Source: a virus (lineage: Duplodnaviria > Heunggongvirae > Uroviricota > Caudoviricetes). From it: a stretch of 7,566 nt of DNA. Every line of letters starts with the position of its first letter. Position 1 is the stretch's first letter. Below are positions 4,191 to 7,566 of the stretch, piece after piece. The position numbers were made by a program, and so were the translations under genes. The notes beneath the pieces were generated by a model, which had not been told where the DNA came from, ran no database searches, and saw only the letters and a program-made list of their open reading frames with translations. The stretch lies in IMG/VR virus record IMGVR_UViG_2681813004_000023, one strand, 5' to 3'.

Positions 4191-5927
4191 ACATGGAAAA
4201 CACTGGATGACGAACTGGCCTACGCTCTCTGGCCTGGTGATGTGGATGCCGGAAACATTGACGGCAGCATCCATCGCTGGGCAAAAAATGAAGTTATCGA
4301 CAACGACCGCGAAGACTGGAAGCGTATCTCGGCATCAATGCGCAAACAGCCTGATGCCCTTCGCTACGACCGCCAGACTATTTTTGGCCTTGTCCGTGAA
4401 CGTCCGATCGACATTCACAAAGACCCTGTGGCACTGAACAAATACATTACTGAATACCTGACTACAAAGGGCGTATTTGAAGATGAAGGAACAAATCAGA
4501 GCGCAACTGATACTCTCTCGTCGCCAGTACCAGAAACTGATGCAGTGGAAACGGCAATTCCGGACAACGAAAAAACCGAATGCAAAGTGGAAGTCGAACC
4601 ATCTGTAGAGCGTGAGGGGCCGTTCTACTTCCTCTTCACCGACAAGGATGGCGAAAAATACGGTCGCGCAAACAAACTTTCTGGTCTGGAAAAAGCACTA
4701 GCCTTGGGAGCTACGGAAATCACAAAAGAGGAATACTTCGCACGTAAAAACGGCACGTACTCAGGTTCACAACAAAATACTGGTGCATCTGACACGACCG
4801 CACAACCAGAGCCGGTAAAAGTTACCGCTGACGAAGTAAACAAAATTATGCAGGCAGCCAATATCAGCCAGCCTGACGCCGATGAACTGCTTGCAGTATC
4901 ACGTGGTGAATTTGTTGAAGGGATTAGCGACCCGAATGATCCGAAATGGGTTAAGGGGATCCAGACCCGCGATTCTGTGAACAAGAACCAGCAAGAAACG
5001 GAACAGAACGACCAGAAAGCGGAACAAAACAGCCCAAATACGCAACAAAACGAGCCAGAAACGAAACAACCTGAACCAGTAGTGCAACAGGAACCGGAAA
5101 AGATCTGCACCGCCTGCGGTCAGAGCGGTGGCGGCAACTGCCCTGATTGTGGTGCGGTGATGGGTGACGCAACATACCAGGAAATATTCGATGGAGAGAA
5201 TCAGCCTGAAGTTCAGGAAAATGATCCGGAGGAAATGGAAGGCACTGCGCATCAGCACAAGGAGAACACTGGCGGCAATCAGCATCATGCCAGCGATAGT
5301 GAAACTGGCGAGGCGTCAGATCCCTTAATTAAGGCGAACGGTCATCATAATCTCACATCCACCAGCAGAGCGGGGATTCATCTGATGATCGACCTTGAAA
5401 CCATGGGAAAAAATCCCGATGCCCCGATTATCTCAATAGGTGCAATATTTTTCGATCCGCAAACCGGAGATATGGGACCGGAATTTAGTAAGACTATCGA
5501 TCTGGAAACTGCTGGCGGAGTCATTGATCGGGACACCATTAAATGGTGGCTTAAGCAATCACGCGAAGCGCAATCTGCCATTATGACCGATGAAATCCCG
5601 TTAGATGATGCACTGTTACAATTGCGGGAATTTATCGACGAAAACTCCGGTGAATTTTTTGTTCAGGTCTGGGGAAATGGAGCCAACTTCGACAACACGA
5701 TTTTGCGCCGTTCATACGAACGGCAGGGGATCCCCTGCCCGTGGCGTTACTACAACGATCGCGATGTACGCACAATCGTTGAGCTGGGGAAAGCCATAGA
5801 CTTCGATGCCAGAACGGCTATTCCATTCGAAGGTGAGCGCCATAATGCACTTGATGACGCCCGTTACCAGGCAAAATACGTTTCAGCTATCTGGCAAAAA
5901 CTGATCCCGAGTCAGGCTGATTCTTAA
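3918..5927 (+). CDS. Exonuclease with RecE-like central linker and Cys4 zinc ribbon plus C-terminal DnaQ-like DEDDh 3'-5' exonuclease domain (track ORF 3690..5927; in-frame conserved start at ATG 3918 or 3924)
   Basis: C-terminal motifs seen directly: Exo I MIDLETMG (D/E at about 5391-5402), Exo II WGNGANFDNTIL, Exo III HNALDDARY (about 5841-5856). Central region ...VSRGEFVEGISDPNDPKWVKGIQTRD... and CTACGQSGGGNCPDCGAVMGDATYQE (C-x2-C-x8-C-x2-C) matches my memory of the middle region of Rac RecE (exonuclease VIII). The first ~76 residues of track ORF 3690..5927 are an out-of-frame reading of repeat copy 1. Confidence 0.7.
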   Translation: MKMPEVNAMYPELKLHAIGWVKHKCKPGAKWPEIQAEMRIWKKRREGERKETGKYTSVVDLARARVNQQHTENSTGKISLVIAAIHREYKQTWKTLDDELAYALWPGDVDAGNIDGSIHRWAKNEVIDNDREDWKRISASMRKQPDALRYDRQTIFGLVRERPIDIHKDPVALNKYITEYLTTKGVFEDEGTNQSATDTLSSPVPETDAVETAIPDNEKTECKVEVEPSVEREGPFYFLFTDKDGEKYGRANKLSGLEKALALGATEITKEEYFARKNGTYSGSQQNTGASDTTAQPEPVKVTADEVNKIMQAANISQPDADELLAVSRGEFVEGISDPNDPKWVKGIQTRDSVNKNQQETEQNDQKAEQNSPNTQQNEPETKQPEPVVQQEPEKICTACGQSGGGNCPDCGAVMGDATYQEIFDGENQPEVQENDPEEMEGTAHQHKENTGGNQHHASDSETGEASDPLIKANGHHNLTSTSRAGIHLMIDLETMGKNPDAPIISIGAIFFDPQTGDMGPEFSKTIDLETAGGVIDRDTIKWWLKQSREAQSAIMTDEIPLDDALLQLREFIDENSGEFFVQVWGNGANFDNTILRRSYERQGIPCPWRYYNDRDVRTIVELGKAIDFDARTAIPFEGERHNALDDARYQAKYVSAIWQKLIPSQADS

Positions 5928-5939
5928 TGTTCAACTGTC

Positions 5940-5970
5940 GCCGGTTGTGACTGGTATTCTGCAACCGGCG
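5940..5970 (+). other. Intergenic hairpin between exonuclease and xis (9-bp perfect stem)
   Basis: CGCCGGTTG(5940-5948)/CAACCGGCG(5962-5970) with a 13-nt loop; no following T-run, so it is not a canonical intrinsic terminator. Confidence 0.4.
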
Positions 5971-5999
5971 CTCGTCTGATGTAAGAGATAAAGAAATCG

Positions 6000-6251
6000 A
6001 TGAGCGAAGTAATCATGATTGTCTCTCCCGGCAAATGGGTATCCGAAGAGCAGTTAATTGCGCTGAAAGGAATAAAAAAAGGTACGTTAAAAAAGGCCCG
6101 GGAAAAATCGTTTATGGAAGGAAGGGAATATAAGCATGTCGCTCATGACGGTATGCCATGGGATAACAGTCCATGCTTTTACAACCTGGAAGAAATTGAT
6201 CGCTGGATTGAGCGCCAGGCATCAGCAAGACCAAGACGTCATCTTACTTGA
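6000..6251 (+). CDS. Putative excisionase / small DNA-binding recombination directionality factor (83 aa; alternative start ATG 6015)
   Basis: ORF track 6000..6251; small basic protein immediately upstream of and co-oriented with the integrase, the classic xis position. Family assignment rests on position and size, not on a motif I can verify. Confidence 0.5.
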   Translation: MSEVIMIVSPGKWVSEEQLIALKGIKKGTLKKAREKSFMEGREYKHVAHDGMPWDNSPCFYNLEEIDRWIERQASARPRRHLT

Positions 6252-6285
6252 CTAAAAGCCACACTAACTAATGAGAGAAGTTGAA

Positions 6286-7566
6286 ATGAAATATCCGACA
6301 GGAGTGGAAAACCATGGAGGGAAATTACGTATCTGGTTTGTTTATAAAGGCGTAAGAGTCAGGGAAAACCTGGGGGTTCCTGACACAGCAAAAAACAGGC
6401 GCGTTGCAGGTGAGCTACGCGCCTCTGTTTGTTACGCAATAAAAACTGGTGTTTTCGACTATGCAAAACAGTTTCCCTCCTCACGCAATCTGGAAAAATT
6501 TGGTGAGGCCCGACAAGATTTAACCATAAAAGAACTGGCTGAAAAATTTCTGGCACTGAAAGAAACTGAAGTCGCAAAAACATCACTCAACACATACCGT
6601 GCCGTCATCAAAAATATCCTGAGCATAATCGGTGAAAAAAATCTTGCCTCATCGATTAATAAAGAAAAATTACTGGAGGTTCGTAAAGAGCTACTGACTG
6701 GATACCAGATCCCCAAAAGTAACTATATTGTTACACAACCAGGGAGATCGGCTGTAACTGTAAATAATTACATGACAAATCTTAACGCCGTGTTCCAGTT
6801 TGGTGTTGATAACGGTTACCTGGTAGATAACCCGTTTAAGGGGATCTCGCCATTAAAGGAATCAAGAACCATTCCGGATCCTCTTTCGCGGGAGGAATTC
6901 ATCCGTCTTATCGATGCGTGCAGAAATCAGCAAGCCAAAAATTTATGGTGTGTTTCTGTTTATACTGGCGTTCGCCCTGGTGAGCTGTGTGCACTTGGAT
7001 GGGAGGACATAGATCTGAAAAATGGAACAATGATGATCAGGAGAAATTTAGCAAAAGACCGTTTCACGGTACCAAAAACACAGGCGGGAACCAATCGGGT
7101 CATTCATCTTATTAAGCCAGCAATCGACGCTCTCCGGAGTCAGATGACATTAACGAGACTGAGCAAAGAGCATATCATTGATGTTCACCTCAGAGAGTAT
7201 GGCAGAACAGAAAAACATAAATGCACCTTTGTTTTTCAACCTGAAGTGTCAGCGAGAGTAAAAAATTATGGTGACCATTTTACCGTTGACTCAATAAGGC
7301 AGATGTGGAACGCAGCGATAAAACGTGCCGGACTCCGCCATCGAAAATCATATCAGTCGAGACATACTTATGCCTGCTGGTCGCTGACAGCTGGTGCTAA
7401 CCCGGCATTTATAGCAAACCAGATGGGCCATGCAGATGCGCAAATGGTATTTCAGGTATACGGAAAATGGATGTCTGAAAACAATAATGCACAGGTAGCT
7501 TTGTTAAATACACAGTTAAGCGAGTTTGCCCCAACCATGCCCCATAACGAAGCAATGAAAAATTAA
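6286..7566 (+). CDS. int: Phage integrase, tyrosine recombinase family (426 aa from ATG 6286; track ORF starts at 6271)
   Basis: Conserved catalytic-region motifs: VYTGVRPGELCALGWEDIDL (box I Arg), SRHTYACWSLTAGANPAFIANQMGHADAQMVFQVYGKW (His-x-x-Arg ... Tyr). From memory it resembles Rac IntR-type integrases. ATG 6286 has a GAGAG SD-like element 7 nt upstream; ATG 6271 has none. The stop is the last codon of the window (7564-7566). Confidence 0.85.
   Translation: MKYPTGVENHGGKLRIWFVYKGVRVRENLGVPDTAKNRRVAGELRASVCYAIKTGVFDYAKQFPSSRNLEKFGEARQDLTIKELAEKFLALKETEVAKTSLNTYRAVIKNILSIIGEKNLASSINKEKLLEVRKELLTGYQIPKSNYIVTQPGRSAVTVNNYMTNLNAVFQFGVDNGYLVDNPFKGISPLKESRTIPDPLSREEFIRLIDACRNQQAKNLWCVSVYTGVRPGELCALGWEDIDLKNGTMMIRRNLAKDRFTVPKTQAGTNRVIHLIKPAIDALRSQMTLTRLSKEHIIDVHLREYGRTEKHKCTFVFQPEVSARVKNYGDHFTVDSIRQMWNAAIKRAGLRHRKSYQSRHTYACWSLTAGANPAFIANQMGHADAQMVFQVYGKWMSENNNAQVALLNTQLSEFAPTMPHNEAMKN

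Noticed and set aside
3264-4437. Track ORFs 3264..3488 (+), 3346..3732 (-), 3401..3841 (-), 3882..4127 (-) and 3964..4437 (+)
   Set aside because: Alternative-frame or antisense readings inside the exonuclease gene. 3964..4437 and the N-terminus of 3690..5927 are the same out-of-frame translation of the two repeat copies (MPSGGLSINVSLVPNG... appears twice), which is a duplication artefact rather than a gene.
4625-5581. Minus-strand ORFs 4625..5110, 4899..5288, 4951..5175 and 5378..5581; + ORF 5605..5799
   Set aside because: Antisense or off-frame to the exonuclease linker and DEDDh domain. The hydrophobic, Leu/Phe-rich translations are the expected mirror of a GAA/CAA-rich sense strand.
6359-6716. 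Minus-strand ORFs 6359..6586 and 6459..6716
   Set aside because: Antisense to the integrase coding sequence; no independent support.
6719-6735. Operator-like GTAAC-N6-GTTACA inside the integrase gene
   Set aside because: Spacing is 6 rather than the 4 shared by the three operator copies, and it lies deep in coding sequence; probably coincidental.
1-7566. CRISPR arrays, tRNA/rRNA genes, insertion-sequence terminal inverted repeats
   Set aside because: No regularly spaced short repeats, no cloverleaf-compatible segments and no transposase-like ORF with flanking inverted repeats were seen on either strand.

Overview
This window reads as the immunity-to-integration arm of a lambdoid (Rac-like) prophage, oriented so that the leftward (pL-type) operon runs on the + strand. 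Order: a YdaT/CII-like gene (partial, - strand) and a Cro/YdaS-like gene (- strand); a divergent operator region with GGTAAC-N4-GTTAC palindromes; a cI/LexA-type repressor (+) whose S24 nucleophile serine is replaced by alanine; a rho-independent terminator; a third copy of the operator palindrome (oL-like); three small coupled ORFs; a ~560 bp GC-rich noncoding island with hairpins and direct repeats; a translationally coupled pair of 62-aa ORFs; a large exonuclease gene with a RecE-like linker and zinc ribbon but a DnaQ-like DEDDh 3'-5' exonuclease C-terminus, split into two ORFs by a diverged tandem duplication; then excisionase and a tyrosine integrase ending at the window edge. No rRNA, tRNA or CRISPR array was seen. 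All family assignments come from reading motifs and from memory of related proteins; no database search was run.
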